From positions 1 through 30,461 of the forward strand of contig CAZWJX010000007.1 of NCBI GenBank assembly GCA_964634695.1: a DNA stretch of 30,461 nucleotides, in the 5' to 3' direction. The stretch comes from an uncultured Syntrophobacterales bacterium (GTDB lineage: Bacteria > Desulfobacterota > Syntrophobacteria > Syntrophobacterales > Thermodesulforhabdaceae). How positions within the stretch are numbered: position 1 is the stretch's first letter; each line of letters starts with the position of its first letter. Below, piece after piece: positions 1-7,936 of the stretch. A model generated the notes under the pieces. It searched no databases. It was not told where the DNA came from and saw only the letters and a list, made by a program, of their open reading frames with translations. A program made the position numbers and the translations under genes.

Positions 1-2
1 TC

Positions 3-170
3 CGCCGCTGGACGTGTCCATCATGCAAGACAGAACACGATCGTGATGTGAATGCGGCTTTGAATATCCAGCGTTTATCGCTGACTACCGTGAGTTGCAC
101 GGGAAGTTACGCCTGTGGAGAGGATGGTAACGTCCTCAACGAAGCAGGAATCAGACCATGTCATATTTGA
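3..170 (+). CDS. tnpB: TnpB (RNA-guided endonuclease, IS200/IS605/IS607 families), C-terminal fragment truncated by window edge
   Basis: Frame 3 (absent from the ORF track) reads RRWTCPSCKTEHDRDVNAALNIQRLSLTTVSCTGSYACGEDGNVLNEAGIRPCHI*. This is the second CxxC of the Zn ribbon followed by the HDRDxNAAxNI RuvC-III motif typical of TnpB. Confidence 0.9.
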   Translation, partial: RRWTCPSCKTEHDRDVNAALNIQRLSLTTVSCTGSYACGEDGNVLNEAGIRPCHI

Positions 171-188
171 ACATGGTTTGAGCAACGG
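84..188 (+). ncRNA. Probable TnpB omega-RNA (reRNA) scaffold overlapping the tnpB 3' end; boundaries approximate
   Basis: omega-RNAs are encoded over the tnpB 3' end and the IS right end. Visible hairpin TCAGACCATGT(151-161)/ACATGGTTTGA(171-181) with one G-T pair, followed by GCAACGG (182-188). Confidence 0.55.
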
Positions 189-516
189 TCGATCTTACAA
201 ATCTCACAGAGCTTGAATAGGCGTCTCTGGATGCCTGGAAACTATGGAAAACCTACAACCTGATGTTGTAAAATTCAATTTGGTAAGTGGAGGAATTTAT
301 TTCCGCTTTAGTTAACTGATTTTTGGTTATATAATTTGTTAGCCAGAGTTTGACCTAAGGTCCATACTATATGATCCATCTCCCTGAATCAATTTTCTGC
401 CAGCTTATCAGAAAGATGAAAAATTTTGTTTGCGTACCGGTTAATGCCGCAAGCCAGAATATTTTGAAGAGGGCGGGAAAAATTACTTTTGAATAACTAC
501 AGGGGAGAGAGAGAAA

Positions 517-1428
517 ATGGCTAGATCAGTTCTTGGTGGGCTTGGTGCAGCTATTGTGTGGTATTTTCTGGTCCTGTATGTGTTACCTTTTCCCAGGATG
601 GAACAGATATTCTGGGAAAGAGGCTTGACCAGTGTGATAATATCATTGGTGGGATTTTGTGGCATCTCTTCCGCTCTCAATGTTCTGATTAAAAGGAGAG
701 CTCTGGAGAAAAAGGTTATACAAACACTTTCCGCTATCGAACACAACCGGAGAGGAATAGAATTGATCGAACACTTCAAGAAGTCGATGACGGATAAGGT
801 GCTCAGGGAGTATGAATATTTGTCTCTTTTTCCAACCCTCTGTGTGTCCCTCGGATTTCTTGGCACGGTCATAGGCATAGCTGGAGGAATAGAAGGGCTT
901 TCATCGGTTTTTGTTAATACCGGCGATATGATAGTGGTCAGAGAGGGTATTTTTAAGCTGGTAACATCTCTGGGATTAGCCTTTGATTCTACTCTACTGG
1001 GTTTAATCTTTAGCATTATCATTGTCATGATGATCACGATCGGGAAAAAATGGTCACTTAAAACCATATCAGAGCGTTGCAACGCAAAAACCGACGAGAT
1101 TATTTTGTCCGATAAGGGCGAGATTGCTATGGCTCCTCAATCAGGCGTTTCTGCTTTGGCGGCGTCTGCCATCAGAGTTGAGGATGTTCAGCCTGAAAAA
1201 ATCGAGAAGTATATTGAAGTGATGACCAGGGTAGGAGAAAATCTTGCTTCTTTGATGGAAATGGAAAAGAAACTGGCAAATTATGCCGATCAATCTTCTG
1301 TGTTTTCAACTCTAAACGAACACTTGCGTGAATCGAACATGGTTTTCAAAGCTATACTGAAGTTTCTTAAAGACTATACAACCCACAAAGCTTATCGAAG
1401 CCAGGAGGAATTAAGGGAGGAGCAATAA
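517..1428 (+). CDS. MotA/TolQ/ExbB proton-channel family membrane protein (303 aa)
   Basis: Two N-terminal hydrophobic segments, then the family-like pair LGFLGTVIGI and SLGLAFDSTLLGLIFSIIIV, then a ~120-aa helical C-terminal tail. Confidence 0.85.
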   Translation: MARSVLGGLGAAIVWYFLVLYVLPFPRMEQIFWERGLTSVIISLVGFCGISSALNVLIKRRALEKKVIQTLSAIEHNRRGIELIEHFKKSMTDKVLREYEYLSLFPTLCVSLGFLGTVIGIAGGIEGLSSVFVNTGDMIVVREGIFKLVTSLGLAFDSTLLGLIFSIIIVMMITIGKKWSLKTISERCNAKTDEIILSDKGEIAMAPQSGVSALAASAIRVEDVQPEKIEKYIEVMTRVGENLASLMEMEKKLANYADQSSVFSTLNEHLRESNMVFKAILKFLKDYTTHKAYRSQEELREEQ

Positions 1429-1433
1429 AACTT

Positions 1434-1925
1434 ATGATGGACAACAATCTCGAACAATCCTCTATGAACTTTGCAACCGTCATATTGGGGTTGGTGGCTG
1501 TATTTGTCGTTGTTATCGTTATTACTGCAGTGAGCAATGCAAAAATCACTCTGGACGTCAAGGCGAGAAAAATAAATGGCAGATATCCTTTATTTGTTAT
1601 TTTTGAAAAAGATAGGGCTATGGTCCTGTGTACGGACTCTTACTCTTTATCAGATGAAGCAAAAGGATCATTACAAAATATATGCGGCTTTTTAGATTCT
1701 ATGAATTTATCGTCTGCATCACCTGAAGAAAGCTTGAATGCACTGAAAGCACTTCTATCCTCTCCAACATTTGATAAAAACCAATTCTATATTTTTGGTC
1801 TTATGAAACCGAGTGGAGTAAGGGCTTTCTATAAACTGGAGTCAGTATTGACAGCAGAGGACCTTAACGGAAGGTTTGCTCCCATACCTGAAAATTGGAA
1901 TTTTAGAATTGGACTCGAAAGGTAA
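1434..1925 (+). CDS. Single-pass membrane protein, divergent ExbD/TolR-like (paralog 1)
   Basis: N-terminal TM FATVILGLVAVFVVVIVITAV; 5 nt after the MotA-like gene; C-terminal LMKPSG..F..P motif shared with the next gene. Confidence 0.6.
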   Translation: MMDNNLEQSSMNFATVILGLVAVFVVVIVITAVSNAKITLDVKARKINGRYPLFVIFEKDRAMVLCTDSYSLSDEAKGSLQNICGFLDSMNLSSASPEESLNALKALLSSPTFDKNQFYIFGLMKPSGVRAFYKLESVLTAEDLNGRFAPIPENWNFRIGLER

Positions 1926-1929
1926 GGCT

Positions 1930-2451
1930 ATGAATCGAGCTTTTCACGGTATTTTTTTGATGAATATACTCGCAGTCTTCGTTTTGATTATTCTTTGTCT
2001 GGCGCTCACTCTTTTAAGACAGCCAGTTCTGAGCGTAAAAGGGTTGTTTATGCCTGTCGAGAGCAAAATCGAAAAAAACTTCTTTTATATGGAACTGGAT
2101 AGAAACTTTGTTATACCTGTGGGATTTGGTGGAGAGTGCGATAAAAGATTCTATAGAAAGATAAACTACGGCTCAGATTTGCTCCTATGTGTTCCATCTA
2201 AAGACTTTCCGGAGAAGCAAAAAAATTTTCTAAATTACCATGAAGAACGATCCGTTTTTAAAGAAGAGCTTGGCCGTCTCCATCCTTCCAGTAATTATGT
2301 AGTGTTGTTGGTTCGCCCATCTGCATTTGGCTTTTACCACGAAGTCGCTGAAAAAATCCTTTCAATGGGATTTGAAGTTGGGTGGTTTCCTCTGGATTCT
2401 CAACGCCCTGTCGCTTTTAGCTCAAAGGGTAAACTTATAGGAAGACAATAA
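1930..2451 (+). CDS. Single-pass membrane protein, divergent ExbD/TolR-like (paralog 2), 173 aa from ATG 1930
   Basis: N-terminal TM FLMNILAVFVLIILCLALTLL; C-terminal LVRPSA..F..P motif. ATG 1930 lies 4 nt after the upstream stop, so the ORF-track start at 1876 is probably too early. Confidence 0.6.
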   Translation: MNRAFHGIFLMNILAVFVLIILCLALTLLRQPVLSVKGLFMPVESKIEKNFFYMELDRNFVIPVGFGGECDKRFYRKINYGSDLLLCVPSKDFPEKQKNFLNYHEERSVFKEELGRLHPSSNYVVLLVRPSAFGFYHEVAEKILSMGFEVGWFPLDSQRPVAFSSKGKLIGRQ

Positions 2452-3377
2452 TGGGCTCAAACATTATTAAGTACTTAAGCACTTTTGTTGTCATCTTGGC
2501 ATTTTTACTTTCCGGATGCTGGGAAAGAAAACCTATAAACTACAGTGAACTTAACGCAGAAGAACTTGAGATACTTTACCAAAACGGCAGAGAACAACTT
2601 CTTCAAGATGTATGTGAAGCTTATGCCAGATGGTACCTCGAAAGACCGGAAACAGAATGGTGGATAGAGGGCGTTGAATATAAAAAGAAAGATGGAGAAA
2701 AACTTCTGCACTATTGCTCCAAGTCCTTCAAGATACATAAGAACAAACATTCCGCCTGTTACTTAAAGTCATATTATCAGTCGCTTGCTGAGTCAGGCGA
2801 AATATATCTTGCAGAATTTATCTTTTATCTGAAATACTGCGGAAACGATAATGCCTATCGTGCTTTTATTGAAAAGGATTCCCGAGTCAGCGCAATAGCC
2901 GATCATTCTCTCGGGTCTCTAAAATACCTTGCCGGCTCCAAGGATCCCAATGAGTTCCTTAGTCGGATCAAGAAAGTTTCTGCTCTATTTCGACAATATA
3001 TAAATGACTTCAAACAAATCGAAAACGAGGTTGCCCTTTTTTCTGGACAAATTAACGATCTTATTATCGTCTTCGAAGGAATATCAAAAACTCTGGAAAA
3101 TATGGACAGGGTTTTAACTCAAATTAAGGTGACCTCAAAAGATGTATCGACAGCTAAATCTTATTTTGAAGAAGTCCTCTGGCATATCAACACTCTGGAA
3201 GGTGATTTAACTAAGTTTCTTGACATTGTTGTTAAAGTAAACAGTAGCCTTTCCAGCACTGAAAGTCTTAACAAAGATCTCATTCTGGACGTTAAGGATA
3301 CGATTGAAGAATTCAAAAAGCGGAGAGACACATGGATCAGTAATTACGATGGCTATTTAGAAGGCTCAAAAGGATAA
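2451..3377 (+). CDS. Lipoprotein of unknown function with C-terminal coiled-coil region (308 aa)
   Basis: Signal peptide II with lipobox LSG/C (Cys23); heptad-rich helical C-terminal third; TAATG stop/start overlap at 2449-2453. Confidence 0.75.
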   Translation: MGSNIIKYLSTFVVILAFLLSGCWERKPINYSELNAEELEILYQNGREQLLQDVCEAYARWYLERPETEWWIEGVEYKKKDGEKLLHYCSKSFKIHKNKHSACYLKSYYQSLAESGEIYLAEFIFYLKYCGNDNAYRAFIEKDSRVSAIADHSLGSLKYLAGSKDPNEFLSRIKKVSALFRQYINDFKQIENEVALFSGQINDLIIVFEGISKTLENMDRVLTQIKVTSKDVSTAKSYFEEVLWHINTLEGDLTKFLDIVVKVNSSLSSTESLNKDLILDVKDTIEEFKKRRDTWISNYDGYLEGSKG

Positions 3378-3383
3378 TTTCTT

Positions 3384-5384
3384 ATGGGAGAATATAAGAC
3401 CAGCGAATTTTTTCATCTTTTAAGGCCCAAAATAATTATCTTGGTGGTCTTAATTGCCGTTGTGGGGGGTATTCTTTTGTTGGAGATGATGAACATTAAA
3501 GCCTCACAGACCGTGCGGCAAGAATACATCATTATTGCTTCGGGGTTAAAAAAACAGGCTGAAGAAGCCTTAAAGGAACGTGCCTACGTTCGGGCTCGGC
3601 GGTATCTTGATCGAGCTCTTTATTTTGCCGAAAAAGGCGGCACAATATTTCATAAAAACCCGTTGGAGCTTGAAATTAAAGCTCTCATTGCAGGTAATGA
3701 AGAGCTTAAAAAGGTGGCGAAAGGATACGCACCCCTTGGCGAAAGATGGGTAAGCCGTGAAGAATTTATAGAGCTTTACACAAAGTCTCAACAGATCAAA
3801 AAAGAATTAAGAGCAAATCTTACCAGAGCCGCTATAGCTTTTGCCGGTGAAGACTACGACGAAGCCATAAAGTATTACGAGCAGGTTCTAACTGAGCTTA
3901 ATCAAGCATCTATCCAGGGATTCAGTGAACTTGATCGGGAGAAAATAGAAAAAAGTTATAAAAAGGCTCTGTTACTTCGTTCCAATAAAAGAGCAGACAA
4001 CTTTTACAGAAACGGTGAATACGAACTTGCAGTCGTGGAATATGAAAAGGTTCTGAATATTATTGAAAGTATGAATGATAAAGATTCAATTTTTGCTCAG
4101 AAAGTCCAAAAAACGGTGGTTGAGGCGCTACTATTGTCAGCCGAAAAATGGCTTAAAAATGACAATTTTAACCCCGTAAATGCCCGTGAATTCATCGAAA
4201 AAGCCAGAACCATGTTGTATTCTCACCCATTTTTATCCACGGAGGCAGTTTCGTCACTTGAAGATCGTATAAAAATGACAACGAAGAAGATGGAAATACT
4301 GAGAGCCAGAAAAATCCATGAATTAGCCCAGGATCTTGTCAAGGCTAAAGAAGCTCGCTTTATGGATCACATTAATAACGAGATGGCAAGGTTACTTCAT
4401 GGCTCCAATAATAAACCTGAAAAGGATACGGAAAAAACCGATCTTACAGTTAACGAAAAGAATATGCCCCCGGATTATCAGGCTGATGCAAACGTTATTA
4501 TGTATGAGAGAGCCAGATCAATCTTGAAAGATTCGGTTGCAATGCTTCAAAAGAGTGGGTTCGGGAACGATACCGATGTTCGTGCCGTTGTAATGGAGCT
4601 CCAGAAAGACATTGATAACTTGAGGAAAATTGAGGAAGCTCAAAAGTTCGAAAAAGCTCAACTGTGGGAGCATTTAACAGCCGCTATGAGGCTGGCAAAG
4701 GCAAAAGAAGAAAGCGAGAAATATGACGAGGCCATAGATACTTACAGAGAAGTACAGAATACGATTAACAAAAGTAAGTTTCGAAGCGAAGCTGCCTTTG
4801 CGTCGATGCTTGATGAAATTAATGAGAATCTCAAGCGGTTAAGTGCGAAAAAAAGAAGCGCTGGATTAAGGCAAATAGTCGCTTCGGCAGAAGAAAAAAT
4901 TGCTTCAGGAAAGCTAGATGAGGTGATCCTGCTTGCTCAAGGCGTTGATTTTCGCTCAGATGATCCCGCTATTAAAAACGATCAAAAAATAGAAACACTT
5001 GCTCGCAGATTGTCCTGGCTCGGCACTTTAGCGAAGGAAATGCGTCAGAATTTTGCTTTAGCTGTCGAACAGGAGGCACTAATATTCTTCCAGCAACACG
5101 GTATCAAAAACGTCTCGGTTCGAAAGGATGAAACTACCATCGAATACTGCTCCCTTATGGATAATAACTCCAGAGGGCGCTGTCTCACTTTTAACTTGAA
5201 AGGTCGCACAATTGTGTACACCGAGGCTCAACAACGATATGCTTCCTACCCTGTAATTTGCGATGTTAGACTTCGATTTTGTGAAGACAGTGTTGTTTAT
5301 CAGCATAGAGAGCTGAAGTGTCGAGAAGCGAAAATAAAAAGTTCCCTGGGCCCAGAGCCTTTATCATTCGGACAACTCAGATAA
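3384..5384 (+). CDS. Membrane-anchored TPR-like helical-repeat protein (666 aa)
   Basis: N-terminal TM IIILVVLIAVVGGILLL; TPR-like segments AGEDYDEAIKYYEQVL, NGEYELAVVEYEKVL and EKYDEAIDTYREV; Cys-containing alpha/beta C-terminal domain. Confidence 0.7.
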   Translation: MGEYKTSEFFHLLRPKIIILVVLIAVVGGILLLEMMNIKASQTVRQEYIIIASGLKKQAEEALKERAYVRARRYLDRALYFAEKGGTIFHKNPLELEIKALIAGNEELKKVAKGYAPLGERWVSREEFIELYTKSQQIKKELRANLTRAAIAFAGEDYDEAIKYYEQVLTELNQASIQGFSELDREKIEKSYKKALLLRSNKRADNFYRNGEYELAVVEYEKVLNIIESMNDKDSIFAQKVQKTVVEALLLSAEKWLKNDNFNPVNAREFIEKARTMLYSHPFLSTEAVSSLEDRIKMTTKKMEILRARKIHELAQDLVKAKEARFMDHINNEMARLLHGSNNKPEKDTEKTDLTVNEKNMPPDYQADANVIMYERARSILKDSVAMLQKSGFGNDTDVRAVVMELQKDIDNLRKIEEAQKFEKAQLWEHLTAAMRLAKAKEESEKYDEAIDTYREVQNTINKSKFRSEAAFASMLDEINENLKRLSAKKRSAGLRQIVASAEEKIASGKLDEVILLAQGVDFRSDDPAIKNDQKIETLARRLSWLGTLAKEMRQNFALAVEQEALIFFQQHGIKNVSVRKDETTIEYCSLMDNNSRGRCLTFNLKGRTIVYTEAQQRYASYPVICDVRLRFCEDSVVYQHRELKCREAKIKSSLGPEPLSFGQLR

Positions 5385-5470
5385 CGTTTTTCTAGTTCCG
5401 TAAGGCAAGACATATCCGCCATTCAGAAGTCACTTTGAGCCGGTAGAATTCTACAAAAAGACGGCAAACT

Positions 5471-6442
5471 TTACCCCAGAGATTGCTTCGTCGCTTCGCT
5501 CCTCGCAATGAAATTTATAACGATTTCTCTGGTCTCTTCGGCCGATTTGAATCTGGTCAGCCGCCACAGTTTCTCGCAATCATCAAAGTTAAGATTTCTG
5601 GTTAGAAGATAGGCTTTTGTTTCGTCCTCCAGATGCGGATAGAGGTTTTCCCGAGGCAGCATTTCAACTTTTTGTAAAAGCTTCACGTATATCAGACTTC
5701 TAGCTGCCAGCAGATCAATTTCAGGATTGTTTGCATTCGGGTGAAACATGAAAATCAGTGTTAGTATGTCGCCCGGGCCGAATATCTGCTTTGTTCCTAC
5801 ACGACACCTCGTTTGTTCTTGCAGAAGAAAACGCACTCTAAGACGTATTCGGGGATACACAAGTCGTCGGAGATAATGCTGTAATGTCCAGTGGATGTAT
5901 CCGGCTTCTATGTAAAGCCTGAGAGTGCGACGTGCTTCAACTGCTAGGGATCTGGCTCTCATCTGGTCACGAAGAGCTATTCGTCTTGCATCGGCTCTGG
6001 CAAAATTTTTAACCGATTTGACCACATCTTCAAAACTTCCGGATAGGGAAACTTTATAAAAGCTCAGCAAAGCGGCTGTGGCTGACTTCTCCGCATCATA
6101 GACAGAACGGGCAGGACCTTCCGGAGAAAGATCATTTATCGAACCACCAGCGGCAAACAGCTCATGGAGATTTCTTAAGTGCTCCATATAAGGATCAATC
6201 TGCAATACAGCCTTACCCTGAGAATAAATCCTGCGGTACAATTCACAGGATGCTCTAGCAAATTCTGGAAATTCGTATTCGGATGCTTCTACGTAATCTT
6301 CAATTGAAATATCACCTCTGAGCATTTTCTCAAACAATGGATCAGGCGGCTCTTCGAGAACAATTACGTCGTGGTTTGTCATTATCCTTTCGGCTTCAGG
6401 CAGAACTTCCGGTCTGTGAGAGGAAAAACCAATCGTAATCAT
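5471..6442 (-). CDS. Hypothetical protein (323 aa); last residues encoded by a palindromic repeat
   Basis: Long ORF with natural composition. The C-terminal IARSEATKQS is the translation of the repeat at 5479-5511. Confidence 0.75.
   Translation of the reverse strand: MITIGFSSHRPEVLPEAERIMTNHDVIVLEEPPDPLFEKMLRGDISIEDYVEASEYEFPEFARASCELYRRIYSQGKAVLQIDPYMEHLRNLHELFAAGGSINDLSPEGPARSVYDAEKSATAALLSFYKVSLSGSFEDVVKSVKNFARADARRIALRDQMRARSLAVEARRTLRLYIEAGYIHWTLQHYLRRLVYPRIRLRVRFLLQEQTRCRVGTKQIFGPGDILTLIFMFHPNANNPEIDLLAARSLIYVKLLQKVEMLPRENLYPHLEDETKAYLLTRNLNFDDCEKLWRLTRFKSAEETREIVINFIARSEATKQSLG
5479..5511 (-). repeat. Solitary REP-like palindromic unit (type A) inside the 3' end of a CDS
   Basis: GAGATTGCTTCGTCGCTTCGCTCCTCGCAATGA is the exact reverse complement of the unit at 7681-7713. 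Confidence 0.95.
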
Positions 6443-6594
6443 AAATTATTATCCAATTGTTCCTGAAATTACGAGAGAAGCTGAATGTGTTCCCGGAATG
6501 ATAAAAAACAAGAGATTTGAAACGTCAAGATAACAAAACTTCGAAGATGAACTTTTTATTAACCCTAACATCTTACAAAAAATAATCAGAAAGC

Positions 6595-7590
6595 CTACCG
6601 TATTCCACCGGAGGTTGATGGCTTGTACTCTCTGATAAAAACGCTATGATATTCTAATGCCATCTGGAAAACGTTCCCATTTGCTGAGATCCTTACGGAA
6701 TGAAAAATTTCGTGGGGAACTCTCTGGACAAAAAGGTTAAAGCTGAAGACCTTTTTTGCTTCTGGATTTACAATCACTAGCTTACTGGACAGTTTGTTAT
6801 CATCGGCTAGGGTAACTGCTAGGTAAAGTCTGCCGTTATTGTCGTCATCAACGCAGTCAACAGAATCAATTTTGCCAGGAAGGTTTATCGGGAATTCTAA
6901 TTCCCATTCCGAGATACTGCCAACCTTTGAACGATATACAGTGGCATTCGTGTTTCCATAAATTCTTAGACTGATAAGCTGCAAACCATTGACGGAGATT
7001 CTTCCCGGGACAGAGATCCTTTCACCCGGTACAACTCCTTGATCTAACGAAGCTATACGGACGGATCTATCTCCCACATTCAGCCATAACCCTTTCCATC
7101 TACCCCTCGTTCGGGCATAGATTCCTGTTACATCTTCAGATGAAGGAACCAGCCTGCCTTCGACAGCAATCGACCTGATAATCTCTCCATGGTTACTAAT
7201 AATAATGACGTTTTTCTCGGTTAACAGAGCTATTTCCCCATGTGGCAATAATTCCAGATCCTTTGGTTGAATATCCCCTATTGGAATCGATCTTTGTCGC
7301 TTTCCGCCTGCAAAAACCTGGATTCTGGAATTAACTTGATCAAGGATGAAAAATTCTTGGTTATCCTCTGAAATAGCGAAACTCATGGGCCCTTCTGGAT
7401 TTGCCTCTGAAGGATTAGTTATTCCAACATCATTGGGTCCCGAACCGATTGGAACTCTGAGTATATCCAGCTGGCCGACCTGTTGAACAGGCAAAATTCT
7501 AATGTCGTCCGTATTCTGTGACATGGATTTGGCAACAGACAATTGCAAAACCATGCAGAAAAACACGGCTACCACAAGCCGGTTACACAT
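6595..7590 (-). CDS. Secreted NHL-repeat/beta-propeller-like protein; start probably ATG 7590 (alternatives 7596, 7620)
   Basis: Signal peptide MCNRLVVAVFFCMVLQLSVAKS; NHL-like blade GPMSFAISEDNQEFFILDQVNSRIQVF; beta-rich sequence; GAAGGG SD 6 nt before 7590. Confidence 0.65.
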   Translation of the reverse strand: MCNRLVVAVFFCMVLQLSVAKSMSQNTDDIRILPVQQVGQLDILRVPIGSGPNDVGITNPSEANPEGPMSFAISEDNQEFFILDQVNSRIQVFAGGKRQRSIPIGDIQPKDLELLPHGEIALLTEKNVIIISNHGEIIRSIAVEGRLVPSSEDVTGIYARTRGRWKGLWLNVGDRSVRIASLDQGVVPGERISVPGRISVNGLQLISLRIYGNTNATVYRSKVGSISEWELEFPINLPGKIDSVDCVDDDNNGRLYLAVTLADDNKLSSKLVIVNPEAKKVFSFNLFVQRVPHEIFHSVRISANGNVFQMALEYHSVFIREYKPSTSGGIR

Positions 7591-7643
7591 AGGCATCCCT
7601 TCAGGGCTGGGTTTAATCAACGCTAGGGCTTAAATAAACCAAA

Positions 7644-7894
7644 TGATTGTTTCGCTAAGTCCGCAATGATATTTTTTGTGTCATTGCGAGGAGCGAAGCG
7701 ACGAAGCAATCTCTTTGTTGTGACAAAAGAGAGATTGCCACGGCTGCTTCGCAGCCTCGCAATGACGGATTCGGTGGAGATTGCCACGCGCCCTTCGGGC
7801 GCTCGCAATGACACTTCGAGATTGTCACGGCTGCCTTACGGCAGCCTTGCAATGGCACCCACACTTGTCATTGCGAACGAAGCGAAGCAATCAC
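7644..7894. repeat. REP/BIME-like array 1 (5 full units + 1 degenerate)
   Basis: A 7680-7713, B 7731-7766, B 7777-7812, B 7818-7856, A 7867-7894; degenerate reversed A at ~7644-7669. Confidence 0.95.
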
Positions 7895-7936
7895 CACGGC
7901 CGATGGATAGTCTAGTCCGTCATCCCGGTGATTAAC

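Larger units (their letters stand above)
1..188 (+). mobile_element. Right end of a TnpB-encoding IS (IS607-like or IS200/IS605 family)
   Basis: tnpB C-terminus, subterminal hairpin 151-181, and a terminal AACGG compatible with the GG end of IS607-type elements. The transposase lies outside the window, so the family is not proven. Confidence 0.65.

Noticed and set aside
189-210. A target for the TnpB guide elsewhere in the window
   Set aside because: I saw no second match to TCGATCTTACAAATCT; the native flank is the expected default guide.
307-335. Promoter for the MotA-like operon (TATAAT at 330-335)
   Set aside because: No credible -35 or extended -10, and AT-rich sequence produces such hexamers by chance.
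483-1082. Antisense/shadow ORFs (also 12046-12699, 12126-12590, 15870-16388, 24044-24601, 24598-25086, 28336-28869, 29380-30081 and other short ones)
   Set aside because: They lie opposite or within well-supported genes and have no recognisable motifs.
517-2451. Classical Zorya (ZorAB) or flagellar MotAB
   Set aside because: No OmpA-like peptidoglycan-binding domain in either B-like protein, the A-subunit tail is short, and no ZorC/D/E or flagellar genes are present. Kept only as a distant analogy.
7623-7915. CTAG tetramers near other arrays (5392, 7623/7912, 25675/26114, 30350) as target sites of the same MITE shell
   Set aside because: No TIR or leader homology accompanies them, and CTAG also occurs in ordinary coding sequence here, so this is suggestive at most.
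7623-7935. Short ORFs over repeat arrays (also 13767-14442, 22175-22635, 25772-26151) with peptides such as CHCEERSDEAI, VIASEAKQS, RLPRPLRGLAMT
   Set aside because: They occur in several frames on both strands and are translations of the palindromic units; no SD or protein-like composition.
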